A stretch of DNA of 7,074 bases from assembly GCA_003133025.1 (NCBI GenBank), contig PKZK01000010.1, forward strand, positions 1 through 7,074, written 5' to 3'. This document shows, piece by piece, positions 1-6,457 of this stretch. Position 1 is the first letter of the stretch, and each line of letters starts with the position of its first letter. The stretch comes from Vulcanimicrobiota bacterium (lineage in GTDB: Bacteria > Vulcanimicrobiota > Vulcanimicrobiia > Vulcanimicrobiales > Vulcanimicrobiaceae). The notes beneath the pieces were generated by a model, which did not search any database, had not been told where the DNA came from, and saw only the letters and a program-made list of their open reading frames with translations. A program made the translations under genes and the position numbers.

Positions 1-720
1 TCCGAGCGTTCGCAACGAGCCATCCTGTGGTGGGGCGTGGTCTTCCTTGGGATCTTTATGGTGGCCTGGATTTTCCTGCTGCAGATGGTCCCGCCCCCCT
101 CGCCGTGGCTGCCTGCCGCGGACGTCGCCGCCTACTACGCCGAGCACGCGTTCAAGATCAAACTGGGTGCGGTCATCGGCTCCTGGACCAGCGCCTTCAT
201 GGTGCCTTTTTCGCTGGTCATCGCGTTCCAGCTGGCGCGCATCGAGCAGGGCAAACCGGTTTGGTCGGTGTTGTGTTTTGCCGGCGGTTGTCTGATGTCG
301 ATGTTTCTGGTCTTTCCGCCCATCATCTGGGGCGTCATCGCCTTCGACCCGGCGCGTCCGCCCGACATCACCGCAGCTCTGAACCAGCTCGCGAACCTCA
401 CGCTGGTCACCACCGACCAGTTCTACATTTTTCAGATGATCGCCATCTGGCTGGTCGCCATCAAAGCCAAGCCGGATCCGCTATCGGCCTTCCCGCGCTG
501 GTTGGGCTGGGTGAACCTCTGGGTCGCGATCCTGTTCGAAGTCGGTGCACCGTCGTTCATGTTCAAGCGGGGGCCTTTTGCCTGGGATGGCTTGTTCGTA
601 TTCTGGTTTCCTTTCACGTTCTTCTTCTGCTGGCAGATTACGATGTACGTCAGCATGTTCGGTGCGCTGCGCCGGCAGGAACATGCCTCGGCGTTGCGTC
701 TCGAAGCGGCGACCGTGTGA
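1..720 (+). CDS. Uncharacterised multi-pass integral membrane protein (about 6 hydrophobic segments), probably 5'-truncated by the window edge
   Basis: Frame 1 is open from base 1 (SERSQRAILWWGVVFLGIF...) to TGA at 718-720; the ORF track starts it at GTG 37. It has GC3-rich codons, several long hydrophobic stretches and motifs PPPSP and FPRWLGW. I recognise no function. Confidence 0.75.
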   Translation, partial: SERSQRAILWWGVVFLGIFMVAWIFLLQMVPPPSPWLPAADVAAYYAEHAFKIKLGAVIGSWTSAFMVPFSLVIAFQLARIEQGKPVWSVLCFAGGCLMSMFLVFPPIIWGVIAFDPARPPDITAALNQLANLTLVTTDQFYIFQMIAIWLVAIKAKPDPLSAFPRWLGWVNLWVAILFEVGAPSFMFKRGPFAWDGLFVFWFPFTFFFCWQITMYVSMFGALRRQEHASALRLEAATV

Positions 721-730
721 CGTGTGCGGC

Positions 731-1780
731 TCAGCGCTGCGGCGATGAGTTCTTGCGCCGCGCGTTTTTTTTGGTCCGCGCGTCTTTTGCGCCTCCCGAT
801 TTGCGCTTCGGCCCGGGACCCGTCGGTCTGGCGCTCGCCGGCCTTGTGCTCGCCGGCCCGGCGCTCGGGCGTGGTGATTCGGCCGGCGCGTGCGGCGGGA
901 CCTGCGACAGCATAAGGTCGCGAAACGCCTGCGCGGCCGCCGACATGCGCTTGTCGCGGCGATGCACGATGAACCAGTAGCGCATGATCGGAAAGCTCTC
1001 GACCGGCAGCACGGCGAGATGTCGCGTTTCGAGTTCGAGTTCGATGGTTTGCAGCGACACGACACCCAAACCCAGACCCGCACGTACCGCTTGCTTGATC
1101 GCCTCATTCGTATTGAGCTCGCACGCCAAGGTGTACCTGACCTTGTGCTGTGCGAAGTGGCGCTCGGCTGCGGCCCGCGTGCCGGAGCCCGTCTCGCGCA
1201 TGACGAGCCGCTCCTCATGCAGGCGCGCGAGACTCACGTGCGCGAGCCGCGCCAAGGGATGACTCGGGTCGGCAATCACCACGAGAGGATTGTCCATGAA
1301 GCGTTGTGCGTCGAGGTCCACGCCTTCGGGCGGTTCGCCGAGAATGGCGATGTCGGTCCGGTGGTCCGTCAAGGACGCAAGCACCGATTCCCGATTGCCC
1401 ACCTGCAGACTGATCTGCACGCCGGGATAACGTTCGTTATAGGCGGCGATCAAGGGCGGCAGGAAATAATTTGCCGTCGATACGACCGCAATTCGCAGCA
1501 GCCCGCGCTCGATGCCGCGGAATTGATCCATCGCCGATTGCAACTCGGTGAGCTGCGTGGCGAAGCGCTGCGCATGTCGGCGCAATTCCTGGCCCGCCTC
1601 GGTGACATACATGCGCCGACCGTTCTGCTCGAGCAGCGGCACGCCGATCTGCTCCTCGAGCTGCTTCATCTGCATCGACACCGCGGGTTGGGTCAGATGC
1701 ATCTCCTCCGCTGCCCGGGACATCGAGCTGTGGCGGGCGACGGATTCAAAAATGCGCAGTTGACGTAACGTGATTTGCAT
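731..1780 (-). CDS. cbbR: LysR-family transcriptional regulator CbbR, with a 56-aa low-complexity C-terminal extension
   Basis: N-terminal LysR HTH (TLRQLRIFESVARHSSMSRAAEEMHLTQPAVSMQMKQLEEQIG). The substrate-binding domain has CbbR/CysL-like motifs (VVSTANYFLP, RETGSGTR, NEAIKQAVRAGLG). It is divergently oriented immediately upstream of cbbL, the classic cbbR position. Confidence 0.92.
   Translation of the reverse strand: MQITLRQLRIFESVARHSSMSRAAEEMHLTQPAVSMQMKQLEEQIGVPLLEQNGRRMYVTEAGQELRRHAQRFATQLTELQSAMDQFRGIERGLLRIAVVSTANYFLPPLIAAYNERYPGVQISLQVGNRESVLASLTDHRTDIAILGEPPEGVDLDAQRFMDNPLVVIADPSHPLARLAHVSLARLHEERLVMRETGSGTRAAAERHFAQHKVRYTLACELNTNEAIKQAVRAGLGLGVVSLQTIELELETRHLAVLPVESFPIMRYWFIVHRRDKRMSAAAQAFRDLMLSQVPPHAPAESPRPSAGPASTRPASARPTGPGPKRKSGGAKDARTKKNARRKNSSPQR
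735..772 (+). terminator. Putative intrinsic (Rho-independent) terminator of the membrane-protein gene, lying inside the antisense 3' end of cbbR
   Basis: Stem CGC(T)GCGGCG (735-744) pairs with CGCCGCGCG (756-764) around an 11-nt loop. It is followed directly by T8 (765-772) and starts 15 nt after the stop codon at 720. The loop is larger than typical. Confidence 0.5.
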
Positions 1781-1817
1781 GGTCGCACCCGGTGAACGCG
1801 TGACTCACGGTCAATCC

Positions 1818-1832
1818 ATCAGAGTAATTGAT
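1818..1832. promoter_or_regulatory. Putative CbbR (LysR) recognition site, ATCA-N7-TGAT
   Basis: The dyad ATCA-gagtaat-TGAT contains the T-N11-A LysR box (T1819...A1831). It sits in the AT-richer cbbR-cbbL intergenic region, about 22 bp upstream of the putative -35. Confidence 0.65.
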
Positions 1833-1853
1833 ACATGCAGCAGAAGAACTGAA

Positions 1854-1882
1854 TTGTTCTCGCACCGAAAGCTCACTAAGGT
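1854..1882 (+). promoter_or_regulatory. Putative sigma70-type promoter of the cbbL/cso operon
   Basis: -35 TTGTTC (1854-1859), a 17-nt spacer and -10 TAAGGT (1877-1882, fits TAnnnT). The geometry suits a LysR-activated promoter. Confidence 0.5.
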
Positions 1883-1906
1883 GGCCGCGCACCCCAAAAA
1901 GCGGTC

Positions 1907-1912
1907 AGGAGA
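1907..1912 (+). promoter_or_regulatory. Shine-Dalgarno site of cbbL
   Basis: AGGAGA lies 5 nt before GTG at 1918. Confidence 0.7.
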
Positions 1913-1917
1913 GCAGC

Positions 1918-3298
1918 GTGGCAGAAAAAAGTTATACAGCCGGTGTCAAGGACTATCGAAAAACTTACTGGACTCCGGACTACGTGCCCCTCGACACGGA
2001 TCTCCTGGCAGTCTTCAAGATTGTAACCCAGAGCGGCGTGCCGCGAGAGGAGGCGGCGGCAGCGGTGGCTGCGGAGTCCTCGACCGGTACCTGGACCACC
2101 GTGTGGACGGATCTGCTCACGGATCTGGATTACTACAAGGGCCGTGCGTATCGCATCGAGCCGGTGCCCGGCGACCCCACCGCGTTCTACGCGTTCATCG
2201 CGTACCCGCTCGACTTGTTCGAAGAGGGATCGGTCGTCAACGTGCTCACCTCGCTCGTGGGCAACGTGTTCGGCTTCAAAGCCGTGCGCAGTCTGCGTCT
2301 CGAAGACCTCCGCTTTCCGCTGGCCTACGTGAAGACGTGCGGCGGCCCGCCCAACGGCATTCAGTTGGAGCGCGACCGGCTCAACAAGTACGGGCGTCCC
2401 TTCCTGGGTTGCACGATCAAACCGAAGCTCGGACTCTCGGCGAAGAATTACGGTCGCGCGGTGTACGAATGTCTGCGCGGCGGGCTCGACTTCACCAAGG
2501 ACGATGAAAACATCAATAGCCAGCCCTTCATGCGCTGGCAGCATCGCTTCGAGTTCGTCATGGAGGCCGTTCAAAAGGCCGAAGCCGAGACGGGCGAGCG
2601 CAAGGGTCACTATCTCAACGTGACCGCGCCGACGCCGGAAGAGATGTACAAGCGCGCGGAGTTCGCCAAGAGCCTCGGCGCGCCGATCATCATGCACGAC
2701 TTCCTCACCGCGGGCTTCACGGCCAACACGGGCCTGGCCAACTGGTGCCGCGAGAACGGCATGCTGCTGCACATCCACCGCGCGATGCANNTGTCTGCGC
2801 CTTTCCGGCGGCGACCATCTGCACTCGGGTACGGTCGTCGGCAAACTCGAAGGCGATCGCGAAGCGACGATCGGCTGGGTCGACATGATGCGCGAACCCT
2901 TCATCCCCGAGAACCGCTCGCGCGGCATCTTCTTCGATCAGGATTGGGGCGCGATGCCCGGCGTGATGCCGGTCGCATCGGGCGGCATCCACGTGTGGCA
3001 CATGCCCGCGCTGACGGCGATCTTCGGCGACGACGCCTGCTTCCAGTTTGGCGGCGGCACCCTCGGGCATCCGTGGGGCAACGCGGCGGGCGCCCACGCC
3101 AATCGCGTCGCGCTCGAAGCCTGCGTCGAAGCGCGCAATCAAGGCCGTCCGGTCGAGCGCGAGGGTCGCGAGATCCTCACCGAGGCCGCGAAAGATTCGC
3201 CCGAACTGCGCATCGCGATGGAAACCTGGAAAGAGATCAAGTTCGAGTTCGACACCGTCGACAAGCTCGACGCACCCGCGCGCGTCGGCGCCAACTAA
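1918..3298 (+). CDS. cbbL: RuBisCO large subunit, form IA (carboxysomal type); interrupted by an NN gap at 2790-2791
   Basis: Begins (M)[17 protein letters not shown] at GTG 1918. Motifs include [29 protein letters not shown] (carbamylation site) and HIHRAMH. After the NN it resumes in another frame as [21 protein letters not shown]...ASGGIH...[13 protein letters not shown]...[15 protein letters not shown] to TAA at 3296-3298. About 18 conserved residues (about 55 nt) are missing at the gap, giving a restored length of about 477 aa. Tyr72 (DYYKG) is a form IA feature. Confidence 0.97.
2790..2791. other. Sequence gap (NN) in cbbL
   Basis: The flanking protein sequences are non-contiguous by about 18 aa and the frame changes. 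Confidence 0.9.
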
Positions 3299-3316
3299 GC
3301 GCCCGGAGAAGAAGCG

Positions 3317-3658
3317 ATGGCTGAAATTCTGCCTTACCCCACCACCCAGCGCCGCGGCGAAACGTTCTCGTACCTGCCGCCCATGACGCCCGAGCGTCTG
3401 CGCAAGCAGATCGCGTACTTGATCTCGCAGGGCTGGAATGCGGCCATCGAGCACACCGAGCCCGAAAAATCGTTCTCGAGCTTCTGGTATCTCTGGAAGC
3501 TGCCGATGTTCGGCGAGACGTCGATCGATCGCGTCCTCGAAGAACTCGAGGCGTGTCACCGCGCGAATCCGGGCCACCACGTGCGTTTGCTCGGCTACGA
3601 CAACTACGCGCAGTCGCAGGGCACGGCATTCATCGTCTTCCGCGCCGGTTCGCGCTGA
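3317..3658 (+). CDS. cbbS: RuBisCO small subunit, form IA
   Basis: 113 aa with [26 protein letters not shown] and [10 protein letters not shown] motifs. SD-like GGAGAA at 3305-3310. Confidence 0.97.
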   Translation: MAEILPYPTTQRRGETFSYLPPMTPERLRKQIAYLISQGWNAAIEHTEPEKSFSSFWYLWKLPMFGETSIDRVLEELEACHRANPGHHVRLLGYDNYAQSQGTAFIVFRAGSR

Positions 3659-3670
3659 GCCGGTAGAGCG

Positions 3671-5122
3671 ATGTCGGTCGTTTCATCCGAGATCGGCGGC
3701 AGGGCCGCTTCGATCGCGCGCCGCCGTCAGCTCTCCGCCGGTAAGGCGGCGCTGATTCCGGCCTCATCCGTCGCAGCGCCGGCGCCTGCAGCTGCCGCTT
3801 CGCCTGCGCCGTCCGCGCCGGCGCCCAAGCCTGCTTCGCCGGCGTTCGCCGGCGCGAACGCTCGCGATATCGCCCGTGCACGCCGCGCCGCACTGAGCCG
3901 CTACGGACGCGGTAACGAACCGGCGGCGACGCGCTCGCGCGCCCCGCGTCCCGACGTCAACGCCGCAAGCGAGACTGCGCAGCCCGCGACGCAATCGGTA
4001 CGGCCGTCGACCCAAGCGCCGCAACCGGCGAGCGTAACGTCCTCGCGCACGGGAAGCGGTTCGCAGGTGACCGGCACCGATCGCGGCGCGCAACTGCCCG
4101 TTTCGCGCGGCGCCGCTCCGAAGGTGGGCATGACGCGGACGCCCGGCGGCGGCATCGTGACCGGTTCGCTCGTGCGCAGCACCGTGCGCATCACGGGCGA
4201 TGAAGCCGGCGCGTCCACGGTCGTCACCGGCGAGGCCGATCAGCTTCCACAGGACGATCTGACCGAGCGCGACGACGCGCGTCGCGGTCCGCAGTTTTCG
4301 CGCCGCGCCGAACCGCACGGCGCCTCCGTCTTCAGTGCGCGCTCGCAACGCTCGGCATCCATCGAAACGAGCAATGCGGGCTTGCCGGTCACCGGCACCG
4401 CCGTCGGCGCGAGCCTTCGCGTCACCGGCGACGAAGCGCTCGTGCGCGGCACCGTGACCGGCGCGCAATACGTTGCGCCCGCTCGCGGACAAGCCGCCTA
4501 TGCCGGTTCTCGTCCCGACCCGGTCACCGGCGCAAAGGTCGTCGTGGGCACGACGCGCGGCGGCCGGAGCGTCACGGGCATCGACGTGGAATACGACCCG
4601 CGCGTAACGGGCGATGCACCGGCCGCCTGCACCTGCATCACCGGAAGCCAGTACAGCGCACCGCCCGCCGAGGGCGCAACGCAAAATACGAGCCGCTTCA
4701 CCGTGCGCCGTCTGCGCGAGAGCGCCGAACTGCGCGCCGGCGAGCGCGGCATCACCGGCTCCTTTGCCGTGGGCGACGAGAAGGTGACCGGCAATCGCGA
4801 GTTCTTTTTCCGCTCGCGTAAAGCGCCCGACGATGTAAAGCCCGCACACTTGCAGATCACGGGCGAAGGCCGGTCGTCCGGAACCCGCATCACCGGCGGC
4901 GCCTGGGGCGAACAGTCGAACGTCACCGGCACTGACGGGGCATTCGCGCGCGAGCGCAATCCGAGCATGCGCGCGGGCAAACCGCAAACGTTCGCCGCCG
5001 GCGCCACCCGTTTCAAAGCGTCGGCTGCGAAGAAAGATCCCCAGAACGTGGTGACCGGCATGTCGGGCTATTCTTCGGAGACGGGCGCGACCGTGACGCT
5101 CTCGGGCGGAGCCCGGGGATGA
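3671..5122 (+). CDS. csoS2: Alpha-carboxysome scaffold protein CsoS2 (unusually short, 483 aa)
   Basis: Arg-rich N-peptides ([34 protein letters not shown]), many [V/I]TG motifs arranged in triads, and the hallmark C-terminus ...RNP...VTG.SG...VTLSGGARG. It lies between cbbS and csoSCA and contains no Ns. Confidence 0.95.
   Translation: MSVVSSEIGGRAASIARRRQLSAGKAALIPASSVAAPAPAAAASPAPSAPAPKPASPAFAGANARDIARARRAALSRYGRGNEPAATRSRAPRPDVNAASETAQPATQSVRPSTQAPQPASVTSSRTGSGSQVTGTDRGAQLPVSRGAAPKVGMTRTPGGGIVTGSLVRSTVRITGDEAGASTVVTGEADQLPQDDLTERDDARRGPQFSRRAEPHGASVFSARSQRSASIETSNAGLPVTGTAVGASLRVTGDEALVRGTVTGAQYVAPARGQAAYAGSRPDPVTGAKVVVGTTRGGRSVTGIDVEYDPRVTGDAPAACTCITGSQYSAPPAEGATQNTSRFTVRRLRESAELRAGERGITGSFAVGDEKVTGNREFFFRSRKAPDDVKPAHLQITGEGRSSGTRITGGAWGEQSNVTGTDGAFARERNPSMRAGKPQTFAAGATRFKASAAKKDPQNVVTGMSGYSSETGATVTLSGGARG
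3698..3913 (+). repeat. Two CsoS2 N-terminal RuBisCO-binding repeats (aa 10-28 and 64-81) separated by a Pro/Ala linker
   Basis: The protein-level pattern R-x5-RR-x2-LS-x1-2-G[K/R] occurs twice. Confidence 0.8.
4031..4654 (+). repeat. CsoS2 middle-region repeats: one degenerate (aa 121-147) and three complete (aa 151-191, 230-267, 289-328)
   Basis: Each complete repeat has the VTG-x8-[V/I]TGD-x7-[V/I]TG triad, for example IVTGSLVRSTVRITGDEAGASTVVTG, PVTGTAVGASLRVTGDEALVRGTVTG and SVTGIDVEYDPRVTGDAPAACTCITG. Confidence 0.8.
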
Positions 5123-6189
5123 TCGTCTCAGCGCCGCGCGAGCGAGGCCGCTTGCGTCGCACCCCGCACGCCGCCCGTATTTGGGCCGCTACGGAACAGG
5201 CCGCGCATGCCGCGCCCGGTGCCACGCACGTGCTCGCCGATGCGGCCTTGAGTGCGGCGCTTCGCGCGCGCGCAACCGAGATCGAGTCGGCCTTCGCGCC
5301 CCTCGAGTCGAGCGTTCGCGGCCTTTCGTTGCCGCTCGCGGAGGATGCCGGCCGAACGGGTGCGCGGCTGCGCTCGGTGTTGTACGGCGACCTCGTCGTC
5401 GACACGTTCCTGGAGTTGGTCGGGCGCGCGTTCGATCGCAACCTGGCGGACTTCAGCGATGGCGAACCCGTCGAGACGCTCATCCGCCGCTGGGGCTTCC
5501 ACGCGATCGNNACGCGCTACTTGAAGATCGGCGTCTATCATTTCAGCGGCGCGAACGCGGGCCGTGAAGGCTGCGCGGCGCACGGACACGATGCGCTGCG
5601 CGCGGCGACCGCGCTGCTCGAGCGCCTGGACGATTTCGCGCAGGCCGTACAGCGCACGCATTGCTGCGGCGCTTCGGTTGCGACCTTGCTCGTCGGCGTG
5701 GACACCGACACCGACGCGATCCGCGTGCACGTCCCCGATGCCGCGGGCCGCGCCTCGGTCACGCGCTTCGTGGACAACACGGCGCTCTACGCGCAGACCC
5801 AACATCTGCAGCGCGATGCGGCGAAGGACGCGATTCGCGATGCCGTGGCCGCCTGCGCCGGCCTCGATCCCGCCGATACGGCGACGGAAGGCATGCGCTG
5901 GTTCTGCGGCTATCTCTTGAAGAACAACATCGGTCAGATCGATGCGGTGCGGTCCTGGTACGGCGGCGGCTACGCCGATCGCGGCCACACCGAACGTATC
6001 ATCGTCGTGGGCGACGCGCTCGACGACGTGCAACTGCGCAACCTCGTCTTCCAAGCCCANNGCGTCCGCGCCCGGCGTCTGGCCGACGCGATCCTCGCGC
6101 GCTACGCACACCTCGCGGGTACCGGTTCGCTCTGCGTTCGTGCGATCGCGCGCGGCAGCGACGGCCTCATTACGGAGCTCCACGCGTGA
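5119..6189 (+). CDS. csoSCA: Carboxysomal beta-class carbonic anhydrase CsoSCA (CsoS3); two NN gaps (5510-5511, 6060-6061)
   Basis: Motifs GFHAI, TRYLKIGVYHFS, GCAAHG (His and Cys zinc ligands), HCCGAS, GVDTDTDAIRVHVPD, EGMR.F...LL.NN, GH.ER and Q.RNL. ATGA overlaps the csoS2 stop. The expected segment with the first Cys ligand (PC.DGR) falls inside the first gap. Confidence 0.93.
   Translation: MIVSAPRERGRLRRTPHAARIWAATEQAAHAAPGATHVLADAALSAALRARATEIESAFAPLESSVRGLSLPLAEDAGRTGARLRSVLYGDLVVDTFLELVGRAFDRNLADFSDGEPVETLIRRWGFHAIXTRYLKIGVYHFSGANAGREGCAAHGHDALRAATALLERLDDFAQAVQRTHCCGASVATLLVGVDTDTDAIRVHVPDAAGRASVTRFVDNTALYAQTQHLQRDAAKDAIRDAVAACAGLDPADTATEGMRWFCGYLLKNNIGQIDAVRSWYGGGYADRGHTERIIVVGDALDDVQLRNLVFQAXXVRARRLADAILARYAHLAGTGSLCVRAIARGSDGLITELHA
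5510..5511. other. Sequence gap (NN) in csoSCA
   Basis: GFHAI is joined directly to TRYLKI; roughly 60 aa are expected between them. Confidence 0.85.
6060..6061. other. Sequence gap (NN) in csoSCA
   Basis: RNLVFQA is joined to VRARRL; roughly 50 aa are expected between them. Confidence 0.85.
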
Positions 6190-6455
6190 AGATTTGTCAA
6201 GTCGAAGGTACGCTCGTGGCCACCGCTCGCATCAGTGGCCTGCAAAACCGGCGTCTGCTGGTCGTCAAGGAGCGCGGCAGCAGCGGTAAGCAAGTCGCGG
6301 TCGATCCCGTGGGCTGCAAGCCCGGGGATTGGGTGATCGCGGTGGGCAGCTCGGCCGCGCGCGATGCCGCGGGCAGCAAGGATTACCCGAGCGACCTGAC
6401 CATCGTGGGCATCATCGACTACTGGGATGAAGCCGGCGGCCGCGCGGGAGCATAA
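6186..6455 (+). CDS. csoS4A: Carboxysome pentameric vertex protein CsoS4A (BMC-P, EutN/CcmL family)
   Basis: GTG start overlaps the csoSCA stop (GTGA), with GGAG at 6174-6177. 89 aa: MKICQVEGTLVAT...VAVDPVGCKPGDWVIAVGSSAARDAAGSKDYPSDLTIVGIIDYW. This is the 3' part of the 5661..6455 ORF in the track. Confidence 0.95.
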   Translation: MKICQVEGTLVATARISGLQNRRLLVVKERGSSGKQVAVDPVGCKPGDWVIAVGSSAARDAAGSKDYPSDLTIVGIIDYWDEAGGRAGA

Positions 6456-6457
6456 CG

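Noticed and set aside
1846..1859. GAAC-N6-GTTC as a LexA/SOS box
   Set aside because: The spacing fits neither the Gram-positive GAAC-N4-GTTC box nor the alphaproteobacterial GTTC-N7-GTTC direct repeat.
1883..1906. Hairpin GGCCGC...GCGGTC ahead of the cbbL SD as a possible riboregulator
   Set aside because: The stem is short with a 12-nt loop, and its left arm lies at or before the predicted transcription start.
2885..3298. Separate 137-aa ORF, or a split/pseudogenised cbbL
   Set aside because: It is the C-terminal part of cbbL beyond the gap. All visible catalytic motifs are intact and there are no internal stops.
1828..3324. 498-aa ORF suggesting an N-terminally extended RuBisCO with a novel C-terminal half
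   Set aside because: The real start is GTG 1918 (SD present, homology begins there). The odd C-terminal half is out-of-frame translation after the NN gap, and the true sequence continues in the frame ending at 3298.
4060..5060. Recurrent GTCACCGGC/GTGACCGGC/ATCACCGGC words as a CRISPR-like or DNA repeat array
   Set aside because: They are the codons for the [V/I]TG motifs of CsoS2. They are too short and irregularly spaced for an array, and no cas genes are present.
890..6183. Long antisense or alternative-frame ORFs (890..1768 +, 1876..2928 -, 2717..3580 -, 3764..4987 -, 5128..6183 -, also 27..980 +)
   Set aside because: These are shadow ORFs expected from high-GC codon bias opposite or overlapping real genes. 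They show no recognisable motifs.
5119..6189. CsoSCA as a naturally truncated, catalytically dead enzyme
   Set aside because: The missing catalytic segment coincides exactly with an NN gap, so its absence cannot be inferred.
5661..6455. 264-aa fusion of an unknown domain to CsoS4A
   Set aside because: The upstream part is an alternative frame of csoSCA. CsoS4A homology starts at GTG 6186, which has its own SD.
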